From Escherichia phage Ecp_YSF: a stretch of DNA of 53,268 nucleotides. This document shows, piece by piece, positions 30,010-40,484 of this stretch. Below the pieces are notes generated by a model. It was not told where the DNA came from. It made no database searches and worked only from the letters and a program-made list of their open reading frames with translations. The position numbers and the translations under genes were made by a program. Positions within the stretch are counted from its first letter, which is position 1. Every line of letters starts with the position of its first letter. The stretch lies in sequence record OR327751.1, one strand, 5' to 3'.

Positions 30010-31205
30010 CAAATCGTTTGAATTACGCAGAATATTGGGCGCAGGATGGCGAAGCACTTGACCCCGACTTGGATACGACTGCACCATCCTATATCCCAGA
30101 CCGATACGAAAATGTCGGCTGGGAAGCCGAAAAGCCTCCCGAACAATGGCAGAACTTCTTAACTCAAATCACTGACGTTAAGATTCGAGATATGTTGGTT
30201 GGTGGGATATTGCAATGGTGTGATACCGTAACATATTCGCTTGGCGCTTTTGCAATAGTTGATGGTAAGATTTATCAGAAGCGGGAAGAAGTTCCTGGCA
30301 ATATAAATCCTCCAACTTCTGGAAGTGGTTGGCAAGAGGTTCTTGAGACAAACCTTATTAAGTTTAATGAAAAGGTTCAATATCTCAAGAATGTGTTCAA
30401 TGCTCATATGGCAGAACAGAACCCTCACAAAGATACTGTAGACACAATTGTTGATGGGACATACCTTCAAGAATATGTGTACGACAGATTTGCCAGCGAC
30501 GAACGAGTTACAACAATCCCATACCACATCTCCAGAACCGGCGCATCTGTCCACAGGGTAACTCCAGAACAGCTTGGAACACTCCCAACATCTGGTGGGA
30601 CTTTCACAGGACCGATAACTTTCACCGAAGAAGCGTATGCTGGTGGTGGTGTTTCACAATATGTACACCGAAATGATTCGACTGGCATATTCGAATTGGT
30701 TAATGGAACCACTGCAATTGGTGTGGACAGCAGTGGTCATGCGTGGTTCATCAACTCCGCTGGTGCTTTTGAAATCATTACAGAAGCAAACTACAACAAG
30801 TTCAACATTAAGTATGGAAACCAGTTTGCACTCCCTGTGCCAATGCTTCGTGCTGACTTTCATGAAGACATTAATGATGCGGAGTCTGTTGGTTTATGGA
30901 CTGTTGAGACAACCGCTGCCCCAGAATTTTGGTATGGCGGATTTAACATCTCCAACAATGGGTTGAAGTTCTTTGGACCAACCTTTAATATCCCAACCAC
31001 AGTTGTTGTTGTAGTTACTACCGATGAAGTTGATGTAGTTATGCGAACTTCTAATGAAGATTCTTTCAGCTTTCCAGACGGACTTGACCTGAAAGACTAC
31101 ATTGATAACAAACTCTTTGCAGATAAGAATGTAATGGCCCTAAGATTCTTTGAGGTATATCCAAGACTTTCTGCTAACCAAATCTCTATGCTTGCGAGAC
31201 GATAA
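30006..31205 (+). CDS. Tail fibre protein
   Basis: Shares motif NPHK...TPEQLG...GGTFTGPITF with next gene. Confidence 0.55.
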   Translation: MTNRLNYAEYWAQDGEALDPDLDTTAPSYIPDRYENVGWEAEKPPEQWQNFLTQITDVKIRDMLVGGILQWCDTVTYSLGAFAIVDGKIYQKREEVPGNINPPTSGSGWQEVLETNLIKFNEKVQYLKNVFNAHMAEQNPHKDTVDTIVDGTYLQEYVYDRFASDERVTTIPYHISRTGASVHRVTPEQLGTLPTSGGTFTGPITFTEEAYAGGGVSQYVHRNDSTGIFELVNGTTAIGVDSSGHAWFINSAGAFEIITEANYNKFNIKYGNQFALPVPMLRADFHEDINDAESVGLWTVETTAAPEFWYGGFNISNNGLKFFGPTFNIPTTVVVVVTTDEVDVVMRTSNEDSFSFPDGLDLKDYIDNKLFADKNVMALRFFEVYPRLSANQISMLARR

Positions 31206-32596
31206 TGTTAAGACCAAAACTTAATAGAGTCTGGACTTCAAACAATGCCAACCTGCGGCGTGACCCTGGGGATGCCAAGTATCTTCAAGGGTGGATTGCA
31301 GAAATCCCAACCTTCCAGGTTCTTAACTATTTGCAGTATAAGGTTGACACTACTCTCCTAGCACTGGCTGAGCGTGGTGTCTTCGAATGGGGAACCGATG
31401 TTCAGTATGGACTTGGTTCCCTCGTGTGGGATGATGCAACTCGAACTGTTTATGTTGCAACTGTTGGTTCTCCTAGCCGTACTTTACGTCCTAGTGAGAA
31501 CTTGGGGCAGTGGGCTGCAAGTGCTATTCAAGTATCTCGTTACGACTACGATGATATTGTTAGCAAGATTTCTGCACACATCGCAGATACCACTTCCAAC
31601 CCACATCGACTGACAGCCAACATGATTGGTGCATACAACAAAGCACAAATCGATTCGCTGATTTCTCAGTATAATGCCCTTGTTGCAAGTCATGCCAATG
31701 ACCGAAACAATCCGCACAAAGTAACTGCTGCCCAGGCAGGTGCTGTTCCTGTCACTGGTGGTACTTACACCGGACCTGTTACATTCCAGCAAGGTATGCT
31801 GTTTGATGTAAGCGGAACTTCTAAGTTGTCGTTTGGTCCTGCTGGCCTTTATATGCAGTCAGGTGACGAACGTATTGGGCTGGATGCCAGTGGTGTTCCG
31901 GTTGTTGGCAAGGCATCAACAAACACCAACTCCCGAATTATTACTGATGCAACATTTGCAGAAGTTAAGGCGCGAGAAGAGCCAAAGTATGCAGTACCTG
32001 CACCAAATTTCTGTCAGCACTTGATTGGTGATTTTAATATCAACTCTGGCAAGGGTGCAATCAATGCCTCCGACAGTCTATATTTTAACAACAATTATGG
32101 TGGCGCTCTGTACAGAACTGCCGGGCAGGATGTTCGAGAAACTCTTTACGAAGGTGCGGGATATGGATTTACAGACTGCACAATCTGTGTAGATGTTCTT
32201 TCCAACTCACCTCGTGCGCCGAGCAGTGACGACTCTGTTGGCGTATTCTTCTCCTTAAATGGATTGAATAGTGAGAACATAGACTTCTATTTGCAGAACA
32301 AGGGGCAGCTTAACCTTAACCGAAATGCCTCTGGTGCTAGTGACTGGATTTACTATAATCTCCCTAACCGAGTGAATCGCTGGTATCGTATTGCTGCAAC
32401 CCTAAGTACTACCACTGGACTTGAAATATACGTTGATGGTGTTCGTGTGGCTTCTGATGCCTCGCAGAATGGTGCGGCTGCATGTGTTGGCAGGTATCCT
32501 CAGATTCATTTCCAGCCAACATCAAGAAACTATGCTGTTCGCAACTTCCGAGTTTGGGATTTCAAAATGACACCAAACCAAATCTCTACTTTATAA
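31205..32596 (+). CDS. Tail fibre protein
   Basis: Two NPH(R/K) repeats and GGTYTGPVTF; paralogous segment with 30006-31205. Confidence 0.55.
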   Translation: MLRPKLNRVWTSNNANLRRDPGDAKYLQGWIAEIPTFQVLNYLQYKVDTTLLALAERGVFEWGTDVQYGLGSLVWDDATRTVYVATVGSPSRTLRPSENLGQWAASAIQVSRYDYDDIVSKISAHIADTTSNPHRLTANMIGAYNKAQIDSLISQYNALVASHANDRNNPHKVTAAQAGAVPVTGGTYTGPVTFQQGMLFDVSGTSKLSFGPAGLYMQSGDERIGLDASGVPVVGKASTNTNSRIITDATFAEVKAREEPKYAVPAPNFCQHLIGDFNINSGKGAINASDSLYFNNNYGGALYRTAGQDVRETLYEGAGYGFTDCTICVDVLSNSPRAPSSDDSVGVFFSLNGLNSENIDFYLQNKGQLNLNRNASGASDWIYYNLPNRVNRWYRIAATLSTTTGLEIYVDGVRVASDASQNGAAACVGRYPQIHFQPTSRNYAVRNFRVWDFKMTPNQISTL

Positions 32597-32605
32597 GGTA
32601 ATGTA

Positions 32606-33958
32606 ATGGCTAAAGGTTGGTCATTTGGCGGCTTAATTGCCGCCTTAAAGTCTGCTGCATTCTTAAATGCAGGTACTGCTCGTGGTGAAGTAATCACTGT
32701 TGGACAAAAGAATGCCCAGATTCCAACCACAGCATTTGTAACAAACTTCAATTTCAATACATACACATTCACCAATGGTGAAGTTCTATATGTTGAGATG
32801 AACTCTGCTGTAAACGTTCCACCAGAGTTACAGAAGTGGGACCTTGGGAAGTTCAGTGGGGCATGTGTAATTATAACTGTGCTTGGAATTTCTGATAACA
32901 GCAATGCCTCCATCCTCGTAACGCATGGTGAGGCAGCACGACCTCCAATCATGTACTATTCTCGCGGACCGTCTGGTGGCAGGTCGTACACAGCGCAACC
33001 CCTAATGTCTTGCAAGGATGCCGGAAGCGCGAACATTAACCTGTTTACAGGTGCGTCAGATGTTGGTGTTTATTATCAAGAGTCTGATGCTGTTGCTGGC
33101 TCTGCTGGTGGCTATCCAGCAGCACATGCTGGCACACTGGAAGTTTTGCCAACTGCATATGGTGTACAGCAACGCTATACATCCATATATGGTAACGTTT
33201 GGGTTCGTAGTCGTACGCTTGATTCCTCGCAGAATTGGGCTGATTGGAGAGAGCTTGCACGAGTAAATCAGCGCGACCGCATCACAGAAGTTGGTGCAAT
33301 GGAGTTGTATAACGATATTCCATACATCGACTTCCACTATGCAAACTCTGGTTTAGACTACACTGCACGTATTATCGCAGAAGGATACAATCAGTTAGCT
33401 TTACGTGGAACTGGCACAGACTTCAAGCTGTTCCTGAATGGGCAGTATCGCGGCGTAACTTGGGGCCGTGGTTGGGGTCAAGAGACAGATGGGCACGTCC
33501 CTTATGGAGTGTACAACTGTGAAGTTGGTCCAGATGCCTGGGTCCCAATCTTGACACTCCAAACTGTAACATCTGGTCAAGGGTATGGAACTCATATTTC
33601 GTTTGGTGCGTACAGCAGAAATAATGATTTCTCAAATCCTGTAATCTCACGACGTGGTGATAATGGTGCTGTACATAACTGGACATTCCAGAATGACGGC
33701 AACATTGACTACACTGGCAATGGTGGTCCATTCCGTTTTGCACGGGAGAATTGGGTAAACGCTTCTTTCATGAGCGATATTCGCCTGGCCTCCTACCAAG
33801 AGACTACAACATGGCGTGGCTACGGGTATCGAGATGAATCTGGTTGGGTAATCACTGCTGTAATCAACCAAACTGCTGACGAATTCATCGACTACGTTGG
33901 TCGTCGTAAACTCCAGAAATATATGAATGGAACATGGTATGACAGCTATTCTGTGTAA
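32606..33958 (+). CDS. Tail fibre protein (distal / receptor-binding candidate)
   Basis: 450 aa, Gly/Asn/Tyr-rich C-terminal half. Confidence 0.5.
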   Translation: MAKGWSFGGLIAALKSAAFLNAGTARGEVITVGQKNAQIPTTAFVTNFNFNTYTFTNGEVLYVEMNSAVNVPPELQKWDLGKFSGACVIITVLGISDNSNASILVTHGEAARPPIMYYSRGPSGGRSYTAQPLMSCKDAGSANINLFTGASDVGVYYQESDAVAGSAGGYPAAHAGTLEVLPTAYGVQQRYTSIYGNVWVRSRTLDSSQNWADWRELARVNQRDRITEVGAMELYNDIPYIDFHYANSGLDYTARIIAEGYNQLALRGTGTDFKLFLNGQYRGVTWGRGWGQETDGHVPYGVYNCEVGPDAWVPILTLQTVTSGQGYGTHISFGAYSRNNDFSNPVISRRGDNGAVHNWTFQNDGNIDYTGNGGPFRFARENWVNASFMSDIRLASYQETTTWRGYGYRDESGWVITAVINQTADEFIDYVGRRKLQKYMNGTWYDSYSV

Positions 33959-34469
33959 GTATGAAGGGTTTGTTGAGAATACGAACCTGACTGAAAGCCA
34001 ACAAGTGCTCAGGGACGAGCACAAGATTCTATTCGGATGCGATAAGAATGGAACATGTTGGTATAAAATTCGTGAGTCTTTAAAGGACGGTACAGCCAAA
34101 GTTGTATACGAAAATGATGGGACTATTCGACACATTGACTTTGGTCCTGGCGATACTGTGGCTACACCGCTGGGTGGAAACATAGTTGAGCTGGAGTCAC
34201 TGCCAGAGGGTGTCGAAGAAAACAGACACTTTTGGAAGTTTGATGGTGAGAAGTTTGTCGAGCATAAAGAAAACCGTGTGAAATATAACGAGTTTATGCG
34301 TAAGAAGAAACTTGCACCATTGACGGAAGAAATTGGCATTCTCACCGACATGGTTGAGCTTGGTATGGCCAAGAAGTCTGACAACGAACTGCTTGTTAAA
34401 CTTAAGAAGAAGCGTATCAAACTGTCTCAACTCGACCTAACCGAAACAATCGACTGGAATGAATTCTAA
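33927..34469 (+). CDS. Tail fibre assembly chaperone candidate
   Basis: 180 aa directly after fibre genes, charged C-terminal half; overlaps fibre gene end. Confidence 0.35.
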   Translation: MEHGMTAILCKYEGFVENTNLTESQQVLRDEHKILFGCDKNGTCWYKIRESLKDGTAKVVYENDGTIRHIDFGPGDTVATPLGGNIVELESLPEGVEENRHFWKFDGEKFVEHKENRVKYNEFMRKKKLAPLTEEIGILTDMVELGMAKKSDNELLVKLKKKRIKLSQLDLTETIDWNEF

Positions 34470-34810
34470 TGGATAGACAAACTTTCCAGATGATTTGGGA
34501 AGCAATGCACCAATACGGCGTTTGGCATGGGCTGTTGGCTGGACTGACAGCCTTAATCCGTGGTGCATATGAGAGTGAGGGTTTAAGCAAAGCGTTGCTG
34601 GATGCGACGCTATGCAGCTTAATCGGCCTGTTTGCATTTCAGGTCGCAGGTACATTTGAAACTTTCACAACTAACGTCACTATGCAGTTGGTGTTAGCTA
34701 TTGTGATTGGCGTCATTGGTGCCAACCTCATTATCACAACTGTCAGGGAAAGTTTCTCTGGCGCAATCAAACAACTTAATCCTTTGACGTGGTTCAAGAA
34801 GGCACGATGA
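34469..34810 (+). CDS. Holin candidate
   Basis: 113 aa with about three hydrophobic segments and charged C-terminus; immediately upstream of hydrolase. Confidence 0.5.
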   Translation: MDRQTFQMIWEAMHQYGVWHGLLAGLTALIRGAYESEGLSKALLDATLCSLIGLFAFQVAGTFETFTTNVTMQLVLAIVIGVIGANLIITTVRESFSGAIKQLNPLTWFKKAR

Positions 34811-34827
34811 AATGGTAAGGAACTCGA

Positions 34828-35382
34828 ATGTTATCATTCAAAGTCCTTGCACTTCTGACAGCTTTAGTTCACATCAACGCCCCAGCTTCGGTTGGGGCAG
34901 TGAATTCTGCTATTACAGATTTTGCAAGTCACTCTTATTTAAATGGAAGTCTGAAACTATCTTCTTCACAACGCAAAGAGCTAGAATGCTATACTAAAGT
35001 TATCTGGTATGAAGCTCGCGGAGAAGACAAACATGGAAAGATTCTGGTAGCTAATGTCGTCCGTAATAGAACTAAGTTCGGGAAGCCATTCGCTAACACC
35101 GTTTGTGATGTTGTCTATCAACGCAATCAATTTGCATGGACACGAGAAGCAAAGAAGAAGAATGCTCAATGGAAGCATGTAGCAAAGATTAATTATGCCA
35201 CAGAACAACAACAAGTTCTGGACACCATTAATGTTGCAATCTCTTTTGTACTATTCAATCAACCCTCTGTCACCAAAGCAACCCACTTTTGTACAGCATC
35301 GGAGAAGTGCAACTTCAAGAATGTTAAAGGTTTGGGACGTTATGGTGGCCATAAATTCTATGAGTATCTAGGAAATCTGTAA
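34828..35382 (+). CDS. Endolysin candidate: SleB/CwlJ-like cell-wall hydrolase with N-terminal signal peptide
   Basis: N-terminus [24 protein letters not shown] is signal-like; motif [24 protein letters not shown]. Confidence 0.6.
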   Translation: MLSFKVLALLTALVHINAPASVGAVNSAITDFASHSYLNGSLKLSSSQRKELECYTKVIWYEARGEDKHGKILVANVVRNRTKFGKPFANTVCDVVYQRNQFAWTREAKKKNAQWKHVAKINYATEQQQVLDTINVAISFVLFNQPSVTKATHFCTASEKCNFKNVKGLGRYGGHKFYEYLGNL

Positions 35383-36482
35383 TGGCTTACACTACCTTTT
35401 CACAAACCAAGAATAACCAACTATTAGAACCAATGTTCTTTGGTCAGAACGTTAACGTTGCTCGATATGACCAACAGAAGTACAGCATCTTCGAGAAGTT
35501 AATCGAGAAGCAGTTATCTTTCTTTTGGCGACCTGAGGAGGTTGATGTTAGCCAGGACCGAATTGACTATGCTGGTCTTCCTGAGTGTGAGAAACACATT
35601 TTCACCAGCAATTTACGATACCAAATCCTGCTTGATTCCATTCAGGGGCGTGGACCAACTACAGTTTTGCTACCAATTGTGAGCATTCCTGAGCTTGAAA
35701 CTTGGATTGAAACTTGGTCATTCTCAGAGACAATTCATTCTCGTTCTTACACGCATATTATTCGTAATATCGTGACAGACCCAAGCGTAATTTTCGATGA
35801 AATTGTGGAGAATGAGCATATTAAAATGCGTGCAATTGGCATCTCCCAATATTATGACGAGCTTCAACACCTAACTTCCATGTGGCATCTGCATGAAGAC
35901 AAAGTTTCTCTTCGTGAGCTTAAGAAGAAGCTGTATTTATGCCTCATGTCTATCAATGCATTGGAAGCAATCCGCTTTTATGTCAGCTTTGCTTGCTCAT
36001 TTGCCTTCGCTGAACGCAAGTTAATGGAAGGAAATGCCAAGATTATTCGCTTAATTGCTCGTGATGAAGCACTCCATTTGACTGGAACTCAACACATGCT
36101 GAACCTTCTTGCAAGCGGTGTTGATGACCCAGAAATGGCCGAAATTGCTAAAGAATGCCGCCAAGAATGCCAAGAAATGTTCGAAAATGTGGCCCAACAA
36201 GAGAAAGATTGGGCTGATTATTTGTTCAAAGATGGCTCAATGATTGGCTTAAATAAGCAAATTCTGTGCGGATATGTGGAATATATCACGAATATTCGTA
36301 TGCAAGCAGTTGGATTGGATGCTCCATTCAAAGGTGCTACTAACCCGATTCCTTGGATTAACGCATGGTTGAATTCGGATGCTGTACAAGTCGCTCCACA
36401 AGAAACGGAGATTAGTTCGTACCTTGTCGGGCAGATTGATTCCGAAGTGGACACCAATGCTCTTGGCGGATTTGAGCTTTAA
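35382..36482 (+). CDS. nrdB: Ribonucleotide reductase class Ia small (beta) subunit
   Basis: Translation is colinear with E. coli NrdB as recalled from memory, not computed ([11 protein letters not shown]...; EEVDVS; [16 protein letters not shown]; [11 protein letters not shown]). Confidence 0.9.
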   Translation: MAYTTFSQTKNNQLLEPMFFGQNVNVARYDQQKYSIFEKLIEKQLSFFWRPEEVDVSQDRIDYAGLPECEKHIFTSNLRYQILLDSIQGRGPTTVLLPIVSIPELETWIETWSFSETIHSRSYTHIIRNIVTDPSVIFDEIVENEHIKMRAIGISQYYDELQHLTSMWHLHEDKVSLRELKKKLYLCLMSINALEAIRFYVSFACSFAFAERKLMEGNAKIIRLIARDEALHLTGTQHMLNLLASGVDDPEMAEIAKECRQECQEMFENVAQQEKDWADYLFKDGSMIGLNKQILCGYVEYITNIRMQAVGLDAPFKGATNPIPWINAWLNSDAVQVAPQETEISSYLVGQIDSEVDTNALGGFEL

Positions 36483-36769
36483 CGATTATATGCGAGAAGA
36501 GATTCGATGCGTTAGCGTCGTTTCTCTTTGAGCTAGAATAAGACAAGTAAATTAAATATTTATTTATTCCCAATATTGCTACAATATTAAGAGTAATATT
36601 AGGAATGCGTAAAGTTAAAACCAAATGGTACATGGTCGGTCAACTGTACCTAGACATAGACTTGTTCACAATCGGTCAGCTGTATCTAGCCGGAATTTGT
36701 TCGAACAGAAGTCCGACTATGTTATAAAAATTTTTATATAATTTTTTTTAATTTAAATATTGTTACGGA

Positions 36770-36847
36770 ATTAATGAGACTCAAATTGTTTCAATATTAA
36801 TGAGACTAGAATTGTAACGATATTGACGAGACTAGAATTGTGGCAAT
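36770..36847 (+). repeat. Three tandem imperfect 26-bp repeats
   Basis: ATTAATGAGACTCAAATTGTTTCAAT / ATTAATGAGACTAGAATTGTAACGAT / ATTGACGAGACTAGAATTGTGGCAAT; core resembles T7 promoter TAATACGACTCACTATAG. Confidence 0.8.
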
Positions 36848-36852
36848 ATTAT
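36823..36852 (+). promoter_or_regulatory. Sigma70-like promoter candidate upstream of RNAP gene
   Basis: TTGACG, 18 nt, TATTAT (TATAAT also present at 36850-36855); AT-rich tract upstream at 36700-36770. Confidence 0.4.
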
Positions 36853-37030
36853 AATTTTTATTTTGGGCCAGCGGGGGAGGGGAAGCCCAACGTCCTATCG
36901 GACTTAAATACGGTCCCTACTCCAACTTTTTCCTACAGCCTATCGGCTTTCAAACAACACCAAGTTAGGCGCTTCGCTTATGGGTCAAGGTCAAAGTCTC
37001 CGTGCTGTTGTAACAATGGCACAGGTTTGT

Positions 37031-37052
37031 GATATTAGTTGGTTGTGAATTG
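37031..37052 (+). promoter_or_regulatory. Conserved phage motif copy a (candidate phage-RNAP promoter)
   Basis: GATATTAGTTGGTTGTGAATTG; matches consensus CTGAAACATTAGTTGGATGTGAA; about 65 nt upstream of RNAP start. Confidence 0.4.
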
Positions 37053-37115
37053 TGTAATGGCTACGCTATTATAATCCGTTTCAGTTAAATCATACACAAT
37101 CTTGGAGACTTACAA

Positions 37116-39056
37116 ATGATTACTATCACCACTCAAACTATCAAATCTGTTGTTCCTGCTATCACTGCTCTGGTATACCGTGCCAAAGAGAAGCAGAACT
37201 ATATGCAGCCTCAGACTTGTGCTATTGCTGCCCTAGCCATATTCAAGATGATGACGTCTTTCACTCGTGATGACGTTGTTCCTGCCATTGCGATGGTTGA
37301 GCTGGCTTCTGCTTCTATTGCTGATGCCAACCGCTACAACAACGATTTGAAAGCAATGCACTATGTTGACCCAGCTATCAACCTCATTGGTTTGGCTAAG
37401 CACTTTGGCTTCATCACCATGAACGAAGACAAGTCATTCCAGCAAACTGACACATGGGTTGAACTGGTTACAACCAAAGACACAGCAGTGCCATTCACTG
37501 AGCGTGTTACATCTGAATCTCGTCGCAAGCCTTTCGTTAAAGGTGGCAAAGTTAAGCCATCCAAAACTCTGAAAGCTGCAATCGAATTCCTGCAAGATAC
37601 TGAGTACCATGTGGAGACTGAGATGGTTCGCATCATCCAGTCCATGCTTGAGCAACGTACTTATGGTGGCTTGCAGATGCCAGAAGCAATCCAAACTGAA
37701 CTCCATGTTTGGAACAATGCTGTAGCAATGATGAATCAGGATAAGCTGTATTCTGACTACTTTGCTGATAACCGTGGTCGTCTGTATCATGTAGCATGTG
37801 CTGGTCCTAACCCACAATCCTCTGACTTTGCTCGTTGCTTGTATTCTCACAATGTTGAGAACATCGTTAAGAAGTTTAACGAAGATGGTTCTACTACCAT
37901 TGCATACAACATGTTCATGGCAGAGCTGGAAGATATTTCCGGTGGTGAATGGTGCAGTGCTAAGCGTTTAACTTATGTTGCTCAGAATCCAGCTGGTTCA
38001 CTTGCTCGCATGATGAACATGCCTAAAGCTGAGCGTCCTTCTAAGCCATTCACTTATGTTCGTCTGGCTCTGGATTGGTTCAAGTTTGAGACTACAGGTG
38101 AATGCGATTCTCGTGTAGGCTTTGGCTTAGATGCTAAATGTTCTGGTACTCAATATCTGGCATTCATTGCTGGTAACATGGAAATGGCTCGTGCAACAGG
38201 TCTGGTTGATTCTGAGACTAAAGCATCTGACCCATACCAGTTGAGTCTTCGTGAACTGTTGAAGCTGCTGGACAAGTCTTCAATGAAACCATCTCCTGAA
38301 ATTATGGATGAATTCTTGAATCCGAAAGCTGGTCGTAAGTTTATCAAAACTCCATACATGGCTATCCAATATGGTGGTGGTAAAGCTGCACTAACTGGTT
38401 CTTCTGACTTTATCTCCTACATGACAGAAGCTCTCCAGATTCCTATGGAGAAAGCTGAGGCATTTGCTGAACTGTGTGTAGAAGCAATCCATAACGCATT
38501 GGGTGCTAAGATTAACATGTTCATTGAGAAAGCTGCTGATGCTGCATACAACCGTTGTGTTGAACTTGGTAAAGAGTACATCACATACCGTCACACTGAT
38601 GGTCAGGTTGTAATGAAGCCTTGCTTCCCATCTCGTGAAATCTGTGAGGCATTCAGCATTCGTGTTGACTCCCAAACTCGTGTTATCTTTGGTCAGATTC
38701 AGGAGAATAAGCCTTGGACCATTCGTGAATCCAATCCAACTAAAGAAGAATTCAAGCGTACTTTCGTTGTTAACTACATTCAAGGTATTGACGCACTGGT
38801 TGCTCGTACTGTTGCAGTTAAAGCTAAAGAAGCTGGTCTTCGTGGCTTTACTTCAATTCACGATTGTTTCCGTTGCTGCTTAGCTGATGCTCCACGTATG
38901 ATGGAAGTTATTCGTGCAGCATATGTTGAAATCTTCGTAACCAACAATCAATTCGAGAATCTGTCTAAGCAACTCGGTGGCATTCAGATGTATCATGAGA
39001 ACATCGTAACCGAAGAGCTTCTGATGAGCGAACACGCTTACTACTTCTGTCAATAA
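37116..39056 (+). CDS. Single-subunit DNA-dependent RNA polymerase (T7-like catalytic core, compact 646 aa)
   Basis: Motif A-like LDAKCSGTQYLAF; motif B-like RKFIKTPYMAIQYGGGKA; motif C-like FTSIHDCFRC; RBS GGAGAC before ATG. Confidence 0.75.
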   Translation: MITITTQTIKSVVPAITALVYRAKEKQNYMQPQTCAIAALAIFKMMTSFTRDDVVPAIAMVELASASIADANRYNNDLKAMHYVDPAINLIGLAKHFGFITMNEDKSFQQTDTWVELVTTKDTAVPFTERVTSESRRKPFVKGGKVKPSKTLKAAIEFLQDTEYHVETEMVRIIQSMLEQRTYGGLQMPEAIQTELHVWNNAVAMMNQDKLYSDYFADNRGRLYHVACAGPNPQSSDFARCLYSHNVENIVKKFNEDGSTTIAYNMFMAELEDISGGEWCSAKRLTYVAQNPAGSLARMMNMPKAERPSKPFTYVRLALDWFKFETTGECDSRVGFGLDAKCSGTQYLAFIAGNMEMARATGLVDSETKASDPYQLSLRELLKLLDKSSMKPSPEIMDEFLNPKAGRKFIKTPYMAIQYGGGKAALTGSSDFISYMTEALQIPMEKAEAFAELCVEAIHNALGAKINMFIEKAADAAYNRCVELGKEYITYRHTDGQVVMKPCFPSREICEAFSIRVDSQTRVIFGQIQENKPWTIRESNPTKEEFKRTFVVNYIQGIDALVARTVAVKAKEAGLRGFTSIHDCFRCCLADAPRMMEVIRAAYVEIFVTNNQFENLSKQLGGIQMYHENIVTEELLMSEHAYYFCQ

Positions 39057-39073
39057 CATTAATTGGGTCAAGG

Positions 39074-39298
39074 ATGACCACAAACTTGGAGACTACAATG
39101 AATACCATGCAAATCAATCAAATCGAAAACTGTTTCAATCCTCATCACACCTGTGACATGAGTGATTTATCTCGTCCTACGGTGGAGGAGACTAAAGACT
39201 TCTTAGAATTGTTATCAGAATATAAGCAAGAGTCGCATGTATTATTGCACGCATTCTTGCATAATTCTGGATTCTTTGATACAGAAATACCGTTCTGA
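39074..39298 (+). CDS. Hypothetical small acidic protein (74 aa)
   Basis: ATG-initiated ORF after RNAP; in-frame ATG at 39098 with GGAG upstream is an alternative. Confidence 0.4.
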   Translation: MTTNLETTMNTMQINQIENCFNPHHTCDMSDLSRPTVEETKDFLELLSEYKQESHVLLHAFLHNSGFFDTEIPF

Positions 39299-39303
39299 TA
39301 CTT

Positions 39304-39328
39304 GGGAGCTTCGGCTCCCTATTTTTGT
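39304..39328 (+). terminator. Rho-independent terminator
   Basis: GGGAGC-ttcg-GCTCCC followed by TATTTTTGTTCT. Confidence 0.75.
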
Positions 39329-39367
39329 TCTAATTAATCTTAGAGCTGGCTTCAATATTGTAGCCAG

Positions 39368-39392
39368 TTGTAACATTAGTTGGATGTGAAGT
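39368..39392 (+). promoter_or_regulatory. Conserved phage motif copy b
   Basis: TGTAACATTAGTTGGATGTGAAGTA. Confidence 0.4.
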
Positions 39393-39599
39393 AACAGAAT
39401 ACGGAGAAGTATTCCGCATGTCATGTTGAAATCATTCTAGAAACATTTCAGCATGTCAACTAAACATACAGCGTTGTAATGATGTGGCAATCATTGAACT
39501 CCCTGTCTTTGGCCGGACAAAGTTCCAGCAACCATGTGTGAAGTAGGAATATCATTCGAAACTGTTCTTCAAATAAACATGACTTATCCCTAAAGAAGC

Positions 39600-40320
39600 T
39601 GGGACAGCTCATGTAGTACCAGCATGTTCAATTGTGACAATATTGCTCCATCTCCTATTATAAAGGCCCACCCACAAGCCGGGAGATAACTTTGGTAATA
39701 TTGGAACTTTTGGACATGCTTCTTTCTTTCAATCAGAATTCGAAAGAAGAGAAGAGTCGGAGCAAAGCCGCGAAACTAATCCCGTAGCCCGCCCCGATTT
39801 TGAGCAACAAATATTGTGACAATTTTGTCGCAGTATGGCATGTAAATATTGCTACAAATTGGCATGTTGGAATGTGGCAGAATTGTTAGAGGACTAATCC
39901 CCTCGAAGATACAATCGTCTACCAATCTGGCATGTTATTTTTGTAACAGTATTTGTGCCAATTTCGCATGTATTAGCTGTATCAGTATTAACCCAATATT
40001 CTTGCAACCCGCATGAATACTGGCTTCCAGCCAAGCGAAGGCTTTATCATCGCATGTAAATATTGTGACAATATTGGGATAAAACCCTTTATTTAATTAG
40101 TTTTATTATGCTGTACATGGTCGGTTTTCCGTACCTGCTTGCTCCAATCTTAATGTGCCAAATACGTTAAGTATGGGAGTAAACCTGTAATTAATGGTGC
40201 ATGTTTAATTGTGACAAAATTCGTCTATTTGGCAGATGAATTAGTTGCAATTAAGCATGTTCATTTATCATTAGTTGCATGTGAATAAGACCAAATCTCT
40301 GTAAATTCTGCCGAAATTGT
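39600..40320. repeat. Cluster of operator-like palindromes (AATATTGTGACAATATT family), each preceded by GCATGT
   Basis: Copies near 39616, 39810, 39836, 39925, 40050 (perfect 17-bp palindrome at about 40063-40079), 40197; related AATATTGCTACAATATT at about 36567. Confidence 0.7.
40265..40290 (+). promoter_or_regulatory. Conserved phage motif copy c
   Basis: TTATCATTAGTTGCATGTGAATAAGA. Confidence 0.4.
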
Positions 40321-40484
40321 GTGACAGATTTTAGAGAGATTATGTCTCCAAGCTAATCATTGCAGTTTTTCGACACTTTGTGTGTCACATATAGCCTGTG
40401 AAAAACGTGTGGTATATTGCTGGATTGCGACGCGCCCACCAGACTAGGAAGTCACTGACGGCGGCACACACAGGAATACTATAT

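Noticed and set aside
36770-36847. Tandem 26-bp repeats as a possible CRISPR array
   Set aside because: The repeats are directly adjacent with no unique spacers, only three copies, and no cas genes are present; more consistent with promoter or binding-site repeats.
37116-39056. Reading the 646-aa ORF as a second family A DNA polymerase fragment
   Set aside because: The CSG-containing motif A and the IHD motif C match single-subunit RNA polymerases, not the DYSQIELR / HDE motifs of DNA polymerase I; a complete DNA polymerase is already present at 3069-5003.
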